Assembly (NCBI RefSeq): GCF_030384885.1 | Contig: NZ_CP128613.1 | DNA from: Escherichia coli | GTDB taxonomy: Bacteria > Pseudomonadota > Gammaproteobacteria > Enterobacterales > Enterobacteriaceae | Length of the DNA stretch: 64,000 nt | Strand: one strand, 5' to 3' | Shown: piece by piece, positions 9,995-23,139 of the stretch | Layout of the letters: each line of letters begins with the position of its first letter | Position numbering within the stretch: position 1 is the stretch's first letter | Position numbers and translations under genes: made by a program | Notes under the pieces: model-generated | The model's input: only the letters and a program-made list of their open reading frames with translations | The model's database searches: none | What the model was told of the DNA's origin: nothing

Positions 9995-12334
9995 ATGAAA
10001 AGAAAACTATTCTGGATTTGTGCAGTGGCTATGGGGATGAGTGCGTTCCCCTCTTTCATGACGCAGGCGACGCCAGCAACGCAACCACTGATCAATGCTG
10101 AGCCAGCTGTAGCCGCCCAGACGGAACAAAATCCGCAGGTGGGGCAAGTGATGCCGGGCGTGCAGGGCGCTAATGCCCCCATCGTGGCGCAGAACGGTCC
10201 TTCGCGTGATGTGAAGCTGACCTTTGCGCAAATTGCGCCACCGCCGGGCAGCATGGTGCTACGTGGCATTAACCCGAACGGCAGCATTGAGTTTGGTATG
10301 CGCAGCGATGAAGTGGTGACGAAGGCGATGCTCAACCTCGAATACACGCCATCGCCATCGTTACTGCCTGTCCAGTCGCAGTTAAAGGTTTATCTCAATG
10401 ATGAACTGATGGGCGTGCTGCCAGTGACCAAAGAACAGTTGGGTAAAAAAACGCTGGCACAAATGCCAATTAACCCACTGTTTATTACCGACTTCAACCG
10501 TGTGCGGCTGGAGTTTGTCGGTCATTATCAGGACGTGTGCGAAAACCCGGCCAGCACCACGCTTTGGCTGGATGTTGGGCGGAGCAGTGGACTGGATCTG
10601 ACCTATCAGACCCTGAATGTGAAGAATGATCTGTCACACTTCCCGGTACCATTCTTTGACCCGCGTGATAACCGCACCAACACCTTGCCGATGGTCTTTG
10701 CGGGTGCGCCGGATGTTGGGCTGCAACAAGCATCTGCCATTGTCGCCTCGTGGTTTGGTTCGCGTTCTGGCTGGCGTGGGCAGAACTTCCCGGTGCTCTA
10801 TAACCAACTGCCGGATCGCAATGCCATCGTTTTTGCCACTAATGACAAACGCCCGGACTTCCTGCGCGATCATCCGGCGGTAAAAGCCCCGGTGATTGAG
10901 ATGATCAACCATCCACAGAATCCTTACGTCAAACTGCTGGTGGTCTTTGGTCGTGACGACAAAGACCTGTTGCAGGCAGCAAAAGGTATCGCTCAGGGTA
11001 ACATTCTGTTCCGTGGTGAAAGCGTGGTAGTGAATGAAGTAAAACCGCTGCTACCGCGTAAGCCGTACGATGCGCCGAACTGGGTGCGTACCGATCGCCC
11101 GGTCACCTTTGGTGAACTAAAAACCTATGAAGAACAGTTACAATCCAGCGGTCTTGAGCCAGCAGCGATTAACGTTTCGCTAAACCTGCCGCCGGATCTC
11201 TACCTGATGCGCAGTACCGGCATTGATATGGATATCAACTATCGCTACACCATGCCGCCGGTGAAAGACAGTTCGCGGATGGATATCAGCCTGAATAACC
11301 AGTTCCTGCAATCCTTCAACCTGAGCAGTAAACAGGAGGCGAACCGCCTGCTGCTGCGTATTCCGGTATTACAAGGTTTGCTGGATGGCAAAACGGATGT
11401 CTCTATTCCGGCGCTGAAACTGGGCGCGACCAACCAGTTGCGGTTCGACTTTGAGTATATGAACCCGATGCCGGGCGGTTCGGTGGATAACTGTATTACC
11501 TTCCAGCCGGTGCAGAATCATGTGGTGATTGGTGACGACTCCACCATCGACTTCTCGAAGTATTACCACTTCATCCCGATGCCGGATCTACGCGCCTTTG
11601 CTAACGCGGGCTTCCCGTTCAGCCGGATGGCGGATCTGTCACAAACCATCACCGTGATGCCGAAAGCGCCTAACGAAGCACAGATGGAAACCTTGCTGAA
11701 TACCGTTGGCTTTATCGGTGCGCAGACGGGCTTCCCGGCGATTAACCTGACGGTGACCGATGATGGCAGCACCATTCAGGGCAAAGATGCCGACATCATG
11801 ATCATCGGTGGTATCCCGGACAAACTGAAAGACGACAAGCAGATCGACCTGTTGGTGCAGGCGACCGAAAGCTGGGTGAAAACGCCGATGCGCCAGACCC
11901 CGTTCCCCGGCATTGTGCCGGACGAGAGCGATCGCGCGGCAGAAACTCAATCAACGCTGACCTCTTCCGGTGCGATGGCAGCGGTGATTGGCTTCCAGTC
12001 GCCGTATAACGACCAGCGTAGCGTGATTGCGCTGCTGGCAGATAGCCCACGCGGTTATGAAATGCTTAACGATGCGGTGAACGATAGCGGCAAACGCGCC
12101 ACCATGTTCGGCTCGGTCGCGGTGATCCGCGAGTCCGGTATCAATAGCCTGCGTGTTGGCGACGTCTATTACGTTGGCCATCTGCCGTGGTTCGAACGCT
12201 TATGGTATGCGCTGGCAAACCATCCGATTCTGCTGGCAGTGCTGGCGGCAATCAGCGTCGTGCTGCTGGCCTGGGTACTGTGGCGTTTGCTGCGTATTAT
12301 CAGCCGTCGTCGTCTTAACCCGGATAACGAGTAA
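9995..12334 (+). CDS. bcsB: Cellulose synthase periplasmic subunit BcsB (779 aa)
   Basis: ATG at 9995 (MKRKLFWICAVAMGMSA... signal peptide) within track ORF 9908..12334. Confidence 0.9.
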   Translation: MKRKLFWICAVAMGMSAFPSFMTQATPATQPLINAEPAVAAQTEQNPQVGQVMPGVQGANAPIVAQNGPSRDVKLTFAQIAPPPGSMVLRGINPNGSIEFGMRSDEVVTKAMLNLEYTPSPSLLPVQSQLKVYLNDELMGVLPVTKEQLGKKTLAQMPINPLFITDFNRVRLEFVGHYQDVCENPASTTLWLDVGRSSGLDLTYQTLNVKNDLSHFPVPFFDPRDNRTNTLPMVFAGAPDVGLQQASAIVASWFGSRSGWRGQNFPVLYNQLPDRNAIVFATNDKRPDFLRDHPAVKAPVIEMINHPQNPYVKLLVVFGRDDKDLLQAAKGIAQGNILFRGESVVVNEVKPLLPRKPYDAPNWVRTDRPVTFGELKTYEEQLQSSGLEPAAINVSLNLPPDLYLMRSTGIDMDINYRYTMPPVKDSSRMDISLNNQFLQSFNLSSKQEANRLLLRIPVLQGLLDGKTDVSIPALKLGATNQLRFDFEYMNPMPGGSVDNCITFQPVQNHVVIGDDSTIDFSKYYHFIPMPDLRAFANAGFPFSRMADLSQTITVMPKAPNEAQMETLLNTVGFIGAQTGFPAINLTVTDDGSTIQGKDADIMIIGGIPDKLKDDKQIDLLVQATESWVKTPMRQTPFPGIVPDESDRAAETQSTLTSSGAMAAVIGFQSPYNDQRSVIALLADSPRGYEMLNDAVNDSGKRATMFGSVAVIRESGINSLRVGDVYYVGHLPWFERLWYALANHPILLAVLAAISVVLLAWVLWRLLRIISRRRLNPDNE

Positions 12335-12340
12335 TTGAAG

Positions 12341-13447
12341 ATGAATGTGTTGCGTAGTGGACTCGTGACGATGCTGCTGCTGGCTGCCTTTAGTGTTCAG
12401 GCAGCCTGCAACTGGCCTGCCTGGGAGCAGTTCAAAAAGGATTACATCAGTCAGGAAGGGCGCGTCATCGACCCCAGCGACGCGCGCAAAATCACCACCT
12501 CCGAAGGGCAAAGTTACGGCATGTTCTTTGCCCTGGCGGCTAACGACCGTGCAGCTTTCGATAATATTCTCGACTGGACGCAGAACAATCTCGCTCAGGG
12601 TTCTTTAAAAGAACATTTGCCCGCCTGGCTGTGGGGCAAGAAAGAGAACAGTAAGTGGGAAGTGCTGGACAGCAATTCGGCCTCTGATGGTGATGTCTGG
12701 ATGGCCTGGTCACTGCTGGAGGCGGGGCGTTTGTGGAAAGAGCAGCGTTATACCGACATCGGCAGCGCGTTGTTAAAACGTATTGCGCGGGAGGAAGTGG
12801 TGACGGTGCTTGGGCTGGGTTCCATGTTGTTGCCGGGCAAAGTGGGATTTGCTGAGGATAACAGCTGGCGTTTTAACCCCAGCTACCTGCCGCCGACGCT
12901 GGCGCAGTATTTCACCCGCTTTGGCGCGCCGTGGACTACGCTGCGCGAAACCAATCAACGTTTATTGCTGGAAACCGCCCCGAAAGGCTTTTCGCCAGAC
13001 TGGGTGCGCTATGAGAAAGACAAAGGCTGGCAGCTAAAAGCCGAAAAAACATTGATCAGCAGCTACGACGCTATCCGTGTTTACATGTGGGTAGGCATGA
13101 TGCCTGACAGCGATCCGCAAAAAGCGCGGATGCTCAACCGGTTTAAACCGATGGCGACATTCACCGAGAAAAACGGCTATCCGCCGGAAAAAGTCGATGT
13201 GGCTACGGGGAAAGCGCAGGGTAAAGGACCGGTCGGTTTTTCTGCCGCCATGCTGCCCTTTTTACAAAACCGCGATGCACAGGCCGTTCAGCGCCAGCGC
13301 GTGGCCGATAACTTTCCCGGCAGCGATGCCTATTACAACTATGTGCTGACCCTGTTTGGACAAGGCTGGGATCAACACCGTTTCCGCTTCTCGACAAAAG
13401 GTGAGTTATTACCTGACTGGGGCCAGGAATGCGCAAATTCACACTAA
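12341..13447 (+). CDS. bcsZ: Endo-1,4-beta-glucanase BcsZ (GH8, 368 aa)
   Basis: [21 protein letters not shown] signal peptide; GH8 family sequence; position after bcsB. Confidence 0.9.
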   Translation: MNVLRSGLVTMLLLAAFSVQAACNWPAWEQFKKDYISQEGRVIDPSDARKITTSEGQSYGMFFALAANDRAAFDNILDWTQNNLAQGSLKEHLPAWLWGKKENSKWEVLDSNSASDGDVWMAWSLLEAGRLWKEQRYTDIGSALLKRIAREEVVTVLGLGSMLLPGKVGFAEDNSWRFNPSYLPPTLAQYFTRFGAPWTTLRETNQRLLLETAPKGFSPDWVRYEKDKGWQLKAEKTLISSYDAIRVYMWVGMMPDSDPQKARMLNRFKPMATFTEKNGYPPEKVDVATGKAQGKGPVGFSAAMLPFLQNRDAQAVQRQRVADNFPGSDAYYNYVLTLFGQGWDQHRFRFSTKGELLPDWGQECANSH

Positions 13448-16400
13448 ACATATTCACGCTTTCCCTCGGTCTGGCCGTCATTCCGATGGTTGAGGCAGCA
13501 CCAACCGCTCAGCAACAGTTGCTGGAGCAAGTTCGGTTAGGCGAAGCGACCCATCGTGAAGACCTGGTGCAACAGTCGTTGTATCGGCTGGAACTTATTG
13601 ATCCGAATAACCCGGACGTCGTTGCCGCCCGTTTCCGTTCTCTGTTACGTCAGGGCGATATTGATGGCGCGCAAAAACAGCTCGATCGGCTGTCGCAGTT
13701 AGCGCCGAGTTCAAATGCGTATAAATCGTCGCGGACCACAATGTTACTTTCTACGCCGGATGGTCGTCAGGCACTGCAACAGGCAAGATTGCAGGCGACT
13801 ACCGGTCATGCAGAAGAAGCTGTGGCGAGTTACAACAAGCTGTTCAACGGTGCGCCGCCAGAAGGTGATATTGCCGTCGAGTACTGGAGTACGGTGGCGA
13901 AAATTCCGGCTCGCCGTGGCGAAGCGATTAATCAGCTAAAACGCATTAATGCGGATACGCCGGGCAATACGGGCCTGCAAAACAATCTGGCGCTATTGCT
14001 GTTTAGTAGCGATCGGCGTGATGAAGGTTTTGCTGTACTGGAGCAGATGGCGAAATCGAACGCCGGGCGCGAGGGAGCCTCTAAAATCTGGTACGGGCAG
14101 ATTAAAGACATGCCTGTCAGCGATGCCAGCGTGCAGGCGCTGAAAAAATATCTCTCTATCTTTAGCGATGGCGACAGCGTAGCTGCTGCGCAATCGCAAC
14201 TGGCAGAACAGCAAAAACAGCTGGCCGACCCTGCTTTCCGCGCTCGTGCGCAAGGTTTAGCGGCAGTGGACTCTGGCATGGCGGGTAAAGCCATTCCCGA
14301 ACTACAACAGGCAGTGCGGGCGAACCCGAAAGACAGTGAGGCACTGGGGGCGCTGGGCCAGGCGTATTCTCAGAAAGGCGATCGCGCCAATGCGGTGGCG
14401 AATCTGGAAAAAGCCCTCGCACTGGACCCGCACAGCAGCAACAACGACAAATGGAACAGTCTGCTGAAAGTAAACCGCTACTGGCTGGCGATCCAGCAGG
14501 GTGATGCCGCGCTGAAAGCCAATAATCCTGACCGGGCAGAACGCCTGTTCCAGCAGGCGCGTAACGTTGATAATACTGACAGCTATGCAGTGTTGGGGCT
14601 GGGCGATGTGGCGATGGCGCGAAAAGATTATTCCGCCGCCGAACGCTATTACCAGCAGACCTTGCGTATGGACAGCGGCAACACTAACGCCGTGCGCGGG
14701 CTGGCGAATATTTACCGCCAGCAGTCGCCAGAAAAAGCAGAAGCGTTTATCGCCTCGCTCTCTGCCAGCCAGCGGCGCAGCATTGATGATATCGAACGTA
14801 GCCTGCAAAACGATCGTCTGGCACAGCAGGCAGAGGCACTGGAAAACCAGGGCAAATGGGCGCAGGCAGCAGCACTTCAGCGGCAACGACTGGCACTGGA
14901 CCCCGGCAGTGTATGGATTACTTACCGACTTTCGCAGGATCTCTGGCAGGCCGGACAACGCAGCCAGGCTGATACATTAATGCGCAATCTGGCACAGCAG
15001 AAGCCGAACGACCCGGAGCAGGTTTACGCTTACGGGCTGTACCTCTCAGGTCACGACCAGGACAGAGCGGCACTGGCTCATATCAACAGCCTGCCGCGCG
15101 CGCAGTGGAACAGCAATATTCAGGAGCTGGTTAATCGGCTGCAAAGCGACCAGGTGCTGGAAACCGCTAATCGCCTGCGAGAAAACGGTAAAGAGGCAGA
15201 AGCAGAAGCGATGCTGCGCCAGCAACCGCCTTCCTCGCGTATTGATCTGACGCTGGCTGACTGGGCGCAACAACGACGTGATTACGCTGCTGCCCGTGCT
15301 GCATATCAGAATGTCCTGACGCGGGAGCCAACTAACGCTGATGCCATTCTTGGCCTGACGGAAGTGGATATCGCTGCCGGTGACAAAGCGGCGGCACGTA
15401 GCCAACTGGCGAAACTGCCTGCCACCGATAACGCCTCCCTGAACACACAGCGGCGCGTGGCGCTGGCGCAGGCGCAGCTTGGCGATACCGCAGCGGCGCA
15501 GCAGACATTTAACAAGCTGATCCCGCAGGCAAAATCTCAGCCACCGTCGATGGAAAGCGCGATGGTACTGCGCGACGGTGCGAAGTTTGAAGCGCAGGCG
15601 GGCGATCCAAAGCAGGCGCTGGAAACCTACAAAGACGCGATGGTCGCATCCGGTGTGACCACGACGCGTCCGCAGGATAACGACACCTTTACCCGGCTGA
15701 CCCGTAACGACGAGAAAGATGACTGGCTGAAACGCGGCGTGCGCAGCGATGCAGCGGACCTCTATCGCCAGCAGGATCTTAACGTCACCCTCGAGCACGA
15801 TTACTGGGGGTCGAGCGGCACCGGTGGTTACTCCGATCTGAAAGCGCACACCACCATGTTGCAGGTGGACGCACCGTATTCTGACGGGCGGATGTTCTTT
15901 CGCAGTGATTTCGTCAATATGAACGTCGGCAGTTTCTCCACTAATGCCGATGGCAAATGGGATGACAACTGGGGCACCTGTACATTACAGGACTGTAGCG
16001 GCAACCGCAGCCAGTCGGATTCCGGTGCCAGCGTGGCGGTCGGCTGGCGAAATGACGTCTGGAGCTGGGATATCGGCACCACGCCGATGGGCTTCAACGT
16101 GGTGGATGTGGTCGGCGGCATCAGTTACAGTGATGATATCGGGCCGCTGGGTTACACCGTTAACGCCCATCGTCGGCCCATTTCCAGTTCTTTGCTGGCC
16201 TTTGGCGGGCAAAAAGACTCCCCGAGCAATACCGGGAAAAAATGGGGTGGCGTGCGTGCTGATGGCGTAGGACTAAGCCTGAGCTACGATAAAGGTGAAG
16301 CAAACGGCGTCTGGGCATCGCTTAGCGGCGACCAGTTAACCGGTAAAAATGTTGAAGATAACTGGCGTGTGCGCTGGATGACGGGCTATTACTATAAGGT

Positions 16401-16902
16401 CATCAACCAGAACAATCGCCGCGTGACAATCGGCCTGAACAACATGATCTGGCATTACGACAAAGACCTGAGTGGGTACTCACTCGGTCAGGGCGGTTAC
16501 TACAGCCCGCAGGAATACCTGTCGTTTGCCATTCCGGTGATGTGGCGTGAGCGGACAGAAAACTGGTCGTGGGAGCTGGGGGCGTCTGGTTCGTGGTCGC
16601 ATTCGCGCACCAAAACCATGCCGCGGTATCCGCTGATGAATCTGATCCCGACTGACTGGCAGGAAGAAGCTGCGCGGCAATCCAACGATGGCGGCAGCAG
16701 TCAGGGCTTTGGCTATACGGCGCGGGCATTACTTGAGCGTCGCGTCACATCCAACTGGTTTGTCGGTACGGCAATTGATATCCAGCAGGCGAAAGATTAC
16801 GCGCCCAGCCATTTCCTGCTCTACGTACGTTATTCCGCCGCCGGATGGCAGGGTGACATGGATTTACCGCCGCAGCCGCTGATACCTTACGCCGACTGGT
16901 AA
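13429..16902 (+). CDS. bcsC: Cellulose synthase outer-membrane/TPR subunit BcsC (1157 aa)
   Basis: ORF track; signal peptide, long TPR region, C-terminal beta-barrel; overlaps bcsZ end by 19 nt. Confidence 0.95.
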   Translation: MRKFTLNIFTLSLGLAVIPMVEAAPTAQQQLLEQVRLGEATHREDLVQQSLYRLELIDPNNPDVVAARFRSLLRQGDIDGAQKQLDRLSQLAPSSNAYKSSRTTMLLSTPDGRQALQQARLQATTGHAEEAVASYNKLFNGAPPEGDIAVEYWSTVAKIPARRGEAINQLKRINADTPGNTGLQNNLALLLFSSDRRDEGFAVLEQMAKSNAGREGASKIWYGQIKDMPVSDASVQALKKYLSIFSDGDSVAAAQSQLAEQQKQLADPAFRARAQGLAAVDSGMAGKAIPELQQAVRANPKDSEALGALGQAYSQKGDRANAVANLEKALALDPHSSNNDKWNSLLKVNRYWLAIQQGDAALKANNPDRAERLFQQARNVDNTDSYAVLGLGDVAMARKDYSAAERYYQQTLRMDSGNTNAVRGLANIYRQQSPEKAEAFIASLSASQRRSIDDIERSLQNDRLAQQAEALENQGKWAQAAALQRQRLALDPGSVWITYRLSQDLWQAGQRSQADTLMRNLAQQKPNDPEQVYAYGLYLSGHDQDRAALAHINSLPRAQWNSNIQELVNRLQSDQVLETANRLRENGKEAEAEAMLRQQPPSSRIDLTLADWAQQRRDYAAARAAYQNVLTREPTNADAILGLTEVDIAAGDKAAARSQLAKLPATDNASLNTQRRVALAQAQLGDTAAAQQTFNKLIPQAKSQPPSMESAMVLRDGAKFEAQAGDPKQALETYKDAMVASGVTTTRPQDNDTFTRLTRNDEKDDWLKRGVRSDAADLYRQQDLNVTLEHDYWGSSGTGGYSDLKAHTTMLQVDAPYSDGRMFFRSDFVNMNVGSFSTNADGKWDDNWGTCTLQDCSGNRSQSDSGASVAVGWRNDVWSWDIGTTPMGFNVVDVVGGISYSDDIGPLGYTVNAHRRPISSSLLAFGGQKDSPSNTGKKWGGVRADGVGLSLSYDKGEANGVWASLSGDQLTGKNVEDNWRVRWMTGYYYKVINQNNRRVTIGLNNMIWHYDKDLSGYSLGQGGYYSPQEYLSFAIPVMWRERTENWSWELGASGSWSHSRTKTMPRYPLMNLIPTDWQEEAARQSNDGGSSQGFGYTARALLERRVTSNWFVGTAIDIQQAKDYAPSHFLLYVRYSAAGWQGDMDLPPQPLIPYADW

Positions 16903-16983
16903 GTTTTCAGATAGCGCCTCTCTTAATGCCGCTGCGATCGGGTATACTCGGGCGGCAATCTGGGATTTCCGGGGGGAGACAAT

Positions 16984-18972
16984 TTGCGCGTAAGTCGCTC
17001 GTTAACAATCAAGCAGATGGCAATGGTGGCAGCCGTTGTCCTGGTGTTCGTTTTTATTTTTTGCACCGTTTTGCTGTTCCATCTGGTCCAGCAGAATCGC
17101 TATAACACGGCTACGCAACTGGAAAGCATTGCTCGCTCTGTCCGCGAACCCTTATCTTCTGCCATTTTGAAAGGCGATATTCCCGAAGCGGAAGCTATTC
17201 TTGCCAGCATTAAACCGGCAGGCGTGGTCAGCCGTGCCGATGTGGTGCTGCCTAACCAGTTCCAGGCGCTGCGTAAAAGTTTTATTCCAGAGCGTCCGGT
17301 GCCGGTAATGGTTACTCGCATGTTTGAGCTACCGGTGCAAATCTCGCTGGGCGTTTACTCGCTGGAACGTCCGGCAAACCCGCAGCCAATTGCCTATCTG
17401 GTGCTACAGGCGGATTCCTTCCGCATGTATAAGTTCGTGATGAGCACCCTCTCAACGTTAGTGACCATTTACTTACTTTTGTCGTTAATATTGACGGTGG
17501 CGATTAGCTGGTGCATTAACCGCCTGATTTTGCATCCGTTACGCAATATTGCTCGTGAACTTAACGCCATCCCAGCCCAGGAGCTTGTTGGTCACCAACT
17601 GGCATTACCACGTCTGCATCAGGACGATGAAATCGGTATGCTGGTGCGCAGTTACAACCTCAACCAGCAATTGCTGCAGCGCCATTATGAAGAACAGAAC
17701 GAAAATGCGATGCGCTTCCCGGTGTCGGATTTGCCGAACAAAGCCTTGCTGATGGAGATGCTGGAGCAGGTTGTCGCGCGTAAACAAACCACCGCGCTGA
17801 TGATTATCACCTGTGAAACCCTGCGTGATACTGCGGGCGTGCTGAAAGAGGCGCAACGAGAAATTCTGCTGCTGACGCTGGTGGAAAAACTCAAATCGGT
17901 ACTGTCGCCACGTATGATCCTCGCGCAAATTAGTGGTTATGACTTTGCTGTCATTGCCAACGGTGTACAGGAACCGTGGCATGCTATTACTTTAGGTCAG
18001 CAAGTGCTCACTATCATGAGCGAGCGCCTGCCGATTGAACGTATTCAACTTCGTCCGCACTGTAGCATTGGCGTGGCGATGTTCTACGGCGATCTCACCG
18101 CCGAACAGCTTTACAGTCGCGCTATTTCTGCGGCATTTACCGCTCGCCATAAAGGTAAGAATCAGATTCAGTTCTTTGATCCGCAGCAGATGGAAGCCGC
18201 CCAACAGCGGTTGACGGAAGAGAGCGATATCCTTAATGCACTGGAAAATCATCAGTTTGCGATTTGGTTACAGCCACAGGTCGAGATGACCAGCGGTAAA
18301 CTGGTCAGTGCGGAAGTGTTACTGCGTATCCAGCAACCGGATGGCAGTTGGGATCTGCCGGATGGCTTAATCGATCGCATTGAGTGCTGTGGGCTGATGG
18401 TTACCGTCGGTCACTGGGTGCTGGAAGAGTCCTGTCGACTGCTGGCTGCCTGGCAAGAGCGCGGCATTATGTTGCCCTTGTCGGTAAACCTCTCAGCGCT
18501 GCAACTGATGCACCCGAATATGGTAGCGGATATGCTGGAACTGTTAACCCGCTATCGCATTCAGCCGGGAACACTGATTCTGGAAGTGACAGAAAGCCGA
18601 CGTATTGACGACCCTCATGCAGCGGTGGCAATCCTCCGCCCGTTGCGTAATGCCGGCGTTCGGGTGGCGCTGGATGATTTCGGCATGGGCTACGCAGGGC
18701 TGCGTCAGCTGCAGCATATGAAATCGTTGCCAATCGACGTGTTAAAAATCGACAAAATGTTTGTTGAAGGCTTGCCGGAAGATAGCAGCATGATTGCTGC
18801 AATTATCATGTTGGCGCAAAGCCTGAACTTACAAATGATTGCCGAAGGCGTGGAGACTGAAGCACAACGCGACTGGCTGGCAAAAGCGGGCGTTGGTATT
18901 GCCCAGGGCTTCCTTTTTGCTCGCCCACTCCCTATTGAAATCTTCGAAGAGAGTTACCTGGAAGAAAAGTAG
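16984..18972 (+). CDS. pdeK: c-di-GMP phosphodiesterase PdeK/YhjK (HAMP - degenerate GGDEF - EAL), start probably TTG
   Basis: ORF track 662 aa beginning at TTG 16984 preceded by gggggga RBS; EAL motifs present (ELTE..., DDFGMGYAG); alternative ATG starts at 17017/17023. Confidence 0.8.
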   Translation: MRVSRSLTIKQMAMVAAVVLVFVFIFCTVLLFHLVQQNRYNTATQLESIARSVREPLSSAILKGDIPEAEAILASIKPAGVVSRADVVLPNQFQALRKSFIPERPVPVMVTRMFELPVQISLGVYSLERPANPQPIAYLVLQADSFRMYKFVMSTLSTLVTIYLLLSLILTVAISWCINRLILHPLRNIARELNAIPAQELVGHQLALPRLHQDDEIGMLVRSYNLNQQLLQRHYEEQNENAMRFPVSDLPNKALLMEMLEQVVARKQTTALMIITCETLRDTAGVLKEAQREILLLTLVEKLKSVLSPRMILAQISGYDFAVIANGVQEPWHAITLGQQVLTIMSERLPIERIQLRPHCSIGVAMFYGDLTAEQLYSRAISAAFTARHKGKNQIQFFDPQQMEAAQQRLTEESDILNALENHQFAIWLQPQVEMTSGKLVSAEVLLRIQQPDGSWDLPDGLIDRIECCGLMVTVGHWVLEESCRLLAAWQERGIMLPLSVNLSALQLMHPNMVADMLELLTRYRIQPGTLILEVTESRRIDDPHAAVAILRPLRNAGVRVALDDFGMGYAGLRQLQHMKSLPIDVLKIDKMFVEGLPEDSSMIAAIIMLAQSLNLQMIAEGVETEAQRDWLAKAGVGIAQGFLFARPLPIEIFEESYLEEK

Positions 18973-19118
18973 CTACCCCAAACTGATTACAAAACTTTAA
19001 AAAGTGCTGGTTTGTGCGAGCCAGCTCAAACTTTTTAACCTTTTTGTTTCAATTATGATCCAGGTACATTTCTGTGATGTTGTCTGGGTGTTATTTTAAG
19101 GCCGCAGGTACCCCATAA

Positions 19119-20441
<1,323 letters not shown>

Positions 20442-20448
20442 TCTCACC

Positions 20449-20486
20449 ACTTATGCCCGCACTCCCTTCCCCGAGTGCGGGTGTTT
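20449..20486 (+). terminator. Putative intrinsic terminator after dctA
   Basis: Inverted repeat cccgcactc / gagtgcggg followed by gtgtttg. Confidence 0.45.
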
Positions 20487-20660
20487 GCGCATAATTGACC
20501 CCTGTGCCTGAACTTACCACCTGGGTGAGTTCAGGTTTATTTCACTTCTTCCGTGACATTTTCATGTTCTTGCGGTCTAACACGAAGTGTTTTTAATGTC
20601 ATTTAGACTGACCGACAACGGGCAGTTTTTTATTACCAGGATAGTTGATCAGGGGTTCAC

Positions 20661-22157
20661 ATGCAGGGCACAAAAATTCGACTTTTAGCGGGCGGTTTGC
20701 TGATGATGGCCACTGCTGGCTATGTGCAGGCAGATGCGCTCCAGCCTGATCCAGCATGGCAACAGGGGACGCTTTCCAACGGTTTACAGTGGCAAGTGCT
20801 GACCACGCCCCAGCGTCCCAGCGATCGCGTTGAAATTCGCCTGCTGGTTAATACCGGTTCGCTCGCCGAAAGTACACAACAGAGCGGTTACAGTCACGCC
20901 ATCCCTCGTATTGCGTTAACGCAAAGCGGTGGCCTTGAAGCAGCACAGGCGCGTTCATTGTGGCAGCAGGGGATCGACCCTAAACGCCCGATGCCGCCGG
21001 TAATTGTCTCTTATGACACCACGCTGTTTAATCTGAGTTTGCCCAATAACCGTAACGACTTGCTGAAAGAAGCGCTCTCTTATCTGGCAAATGCCACTGG
21101 CAAACTGACTATCACGCCAGAAACCATCAACCACGCGCTGCAAAGTCAGGACATGGTGGCAACCTGGCCTGCCGATACTAAAGAGGGCTGGTGGCGCTAT
21201 CGTCTGAAAGGATCAACCTTGTTAGGTCACGATCCTGCCGATCCGCTGAAACAACCCGTTGAAGCGGAAAAGATTAAAGATTTCTATCAGAAATGGTACA
21301 CCCCGGATGCAATGACGCTGCTGGTGGTGGGAAACGTGGATGCGCGCTCGGTTGTCGACCAAATCAACAAAACGTTTGGCGAACTGAAAGGCAAACGTGA
21401 AACACCGGCTCCGGTGCCGACGCTTTCTCCGCTGCGTCCTGAAGCGGTGAGTATTATGACCGATGCGGTACGTCAGGACCGGTTATCTATCATGTGGGAT
21501 ACGCCGTGGCAGCCTATTCGTGAATCAGCCGCACTGCTGCGCTACTGGCGTGCGGACCTGGCCCGTGAGGCGCTGTTCTGGCACGTTCAGCAAGCGTTAA
21601 GCACCAGTAACAGCAAAGACATCGGTCTTGGATTTGACTGCCGTGTGCTGTATCTGCGTGCGCAGTGTGCCATCAACATCGAATCACCAAACGACAAGCT
21701 GAACAGCAACCTTAATTTGGTAGCGCGTGAGCTGGCAAAGGTTCGCGATAAAGGTCTGCCGGAAGAAGAGTTCAATGCGTTAGTGGCGCAAAAGAAACTG
21801 GAGCTGCAGAAACTGTTTGCCGCCTATGCGCGAGCTGATACCGATATTTTGATGGGTCAGCGGATGCGTTCGTTGCAAAATCAGGTCGTTGATATCGCGC
21901 CGGAGCAATATCAGAAACTGCGCCAGGACTTCCTTAACAGCCTGACGGTGGAGATGTTAAATCAGGATCTGCGTCAGCAGTTGTCGAACGATATGGCGTT
22001 AATTCTTCTGCAGCCGAAAGGCGAGCCAGAATTTAACATGAAAGCGTTGCAGGCGGCCTGGGATCAAATCATGGCCCCATCTACTACTGCTGCCACAACC
22101 TCAGTTGCCACGGATGACGTACATCCTGAAGTGACGGATATTCCACCCGCACAGTAA
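20661..22157 (+). CDS. yhjJ: Periplasmic M16-family peptidase-like protein YhjJ (498 aa)
   Basis: ORF track; signal peptide; size and position match yhjJ. Confidence 0.85.
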   Translation: MQGTKIRLLAGGLLMMATAGYVQADALQPDPAWQQGTLSNGLQWQVLTTPQRPSDRVEIRLLVNTGSLAESTQQSGYSHAIPRIALTQSGGLEAAQARSLWQQGIDPKRPMPPVIVSYDTTLFNLSLPNNRNDLLKEALSYLANATGKLTITPETINHALQSQDMVATWPADTKEGWWRYRLKGSTLLGHDPADPLKQPVEAEKIKDFYQKWYTPDAMTLLVVGNVDARSVVDQINKTFGELKGKRETPAPVPTLSPLRPEAVSIMTDAVRQDRLSIMWDTPWQPIRESAALLRYWRADLAREALFWHVQQALSTSNSKDIGLGFDCRVLYLRAQCAINIESPNDKLNSNLNLVARELAKVRDKGLPEEEFNALVAQKKLELQKLFAAYARADTDILMGQRMRSLQNQVVDIAPEQYQKLRQDFLNSLTVEMLNQDLRQQLSNDMALILLQPKGEPEFNMKALQAAWDQIMAPSTTAATTSVATDDVHPEVTDIPPAQ

Positions 22158-22360
22158 TAAATCACCCGGCAGCGTTTCTTCTGCGCTGCCGGGATTAACG
22201 GTAATAAATTAGTTACCGTGATATAACCGCAGATATTTTTCCTGGCACGGCGGTAGCGCGCAGATAACCATTCATTATTAAAATAAACTTACCGTAGAGT
22301 GGGTTTAATTATTTATTAGCTGAATAAATTATACCGGTGCCTCCTGGAAGGAGTGAGTTT

Positions 22361-22786
22361 ATGCTTGTGTTAAAATCACAATCGATTGGATTCAGGATTT
22401 CCACAGCTTATTTATCTTTAACATATACAGAGTCTGATGGCGTCAAGATTAAAGTAGATGCTCTGGAGTTAATATCAACAGAGAGAGATTATGTTCAAAT
22501 TGAACTGGTCTTCACTACTGTTGCTGAAGTTAAGTGTGCTACCGTCAATTTTTATGAAGCCAACTATAACAATATTGTTATTAAGAAGGTTGATGGTGAA
22601 AATCTGGACTCCGGTATATATCAAGTAATGAATTCTGTACCGCTTGAAGAAAAAGAGAAATTATATGATCCTAAAAAACGGTTGAAGTTAAAACATTATA
22701 TTATAGCAGGTTATGATAGTTATGTTGAGATTTTAGCTACTGGTTTTAGCTGTATACGATGCCAGGCAATAGATGGTGTTAAATAA
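22361..22786 (+). CDS. Hypothetical protein (141 aa), AT-rich accessory ORF 1
   Basis: ATG at 22361 preceded by ggaaggagtg RBS (track ORF 22337..22786); low GC; no recognised family. Confidence 0.5.
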   Translation: MLVLKSQSIGFRISTAYLSLTYTESDGVKIKVDALELISTERDYVQIELVFTTVAEVKCATVNFYEANYNNIVIKKVDGENLDSGIYQVMNSVPLEEKEKLYDPKKRLKLKHYIIAGYDSYVEILATGFSCIRCQAIDGVK

Positions 22787-23040
22787 TGGCCTATCATATA
22801 GAAATATTGAAAATTGAAGAAACTGATAAAGTAGTAAAATATGAATTTGGACCTACATCTTCTGACTATTGTAGATCTGATTACGGCGAATTCGTGATAG
22901 ATAAAAGAACGGGTGAGATGACATTAGTCAGAATGGTTAAAAACGATTCAGCTAATAAATTTTATTTGCGAGCGAGTTTTAAGATTCTGACCTGTTGGCG
23001 AAAGGGCTATTTGCCAAAAAATGAGGAATGGGCTTCTTAA
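22786..23040 (+). CDS. Hypothetical protein (84 aa), AT-rich accessory ORF 2
   Basis: ATG overlaps stop of ORF 1 (TAATG), suggesting translational coupling. Confidence 0.45.
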   Translation: MAYHIEILKIEETDKVVKYEFGPTSSDYCRSDYGEFVIDKRTGEMTLVRMVKNDSANKFYLRASFKILTCWRKGYLPKNEEWAS

Positions 23041-23139
23041 TAAGTAACTTTGCAGAATAAGTGAATTTTCCCATTTTTTTGGGGGCAGTCGTTGATTCTT
23101 ACACAGTTTATGTTATGGGTGCCAAATTTAGGATAGGCT

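Noticed and set aside
15046-15849. 267-aa minus-strand ORF inside bcsC
   Set aside because: Antisense frame within a GC-rich TPR-coding region; Arg/Leu-rich composition typical of a non-coding frame.
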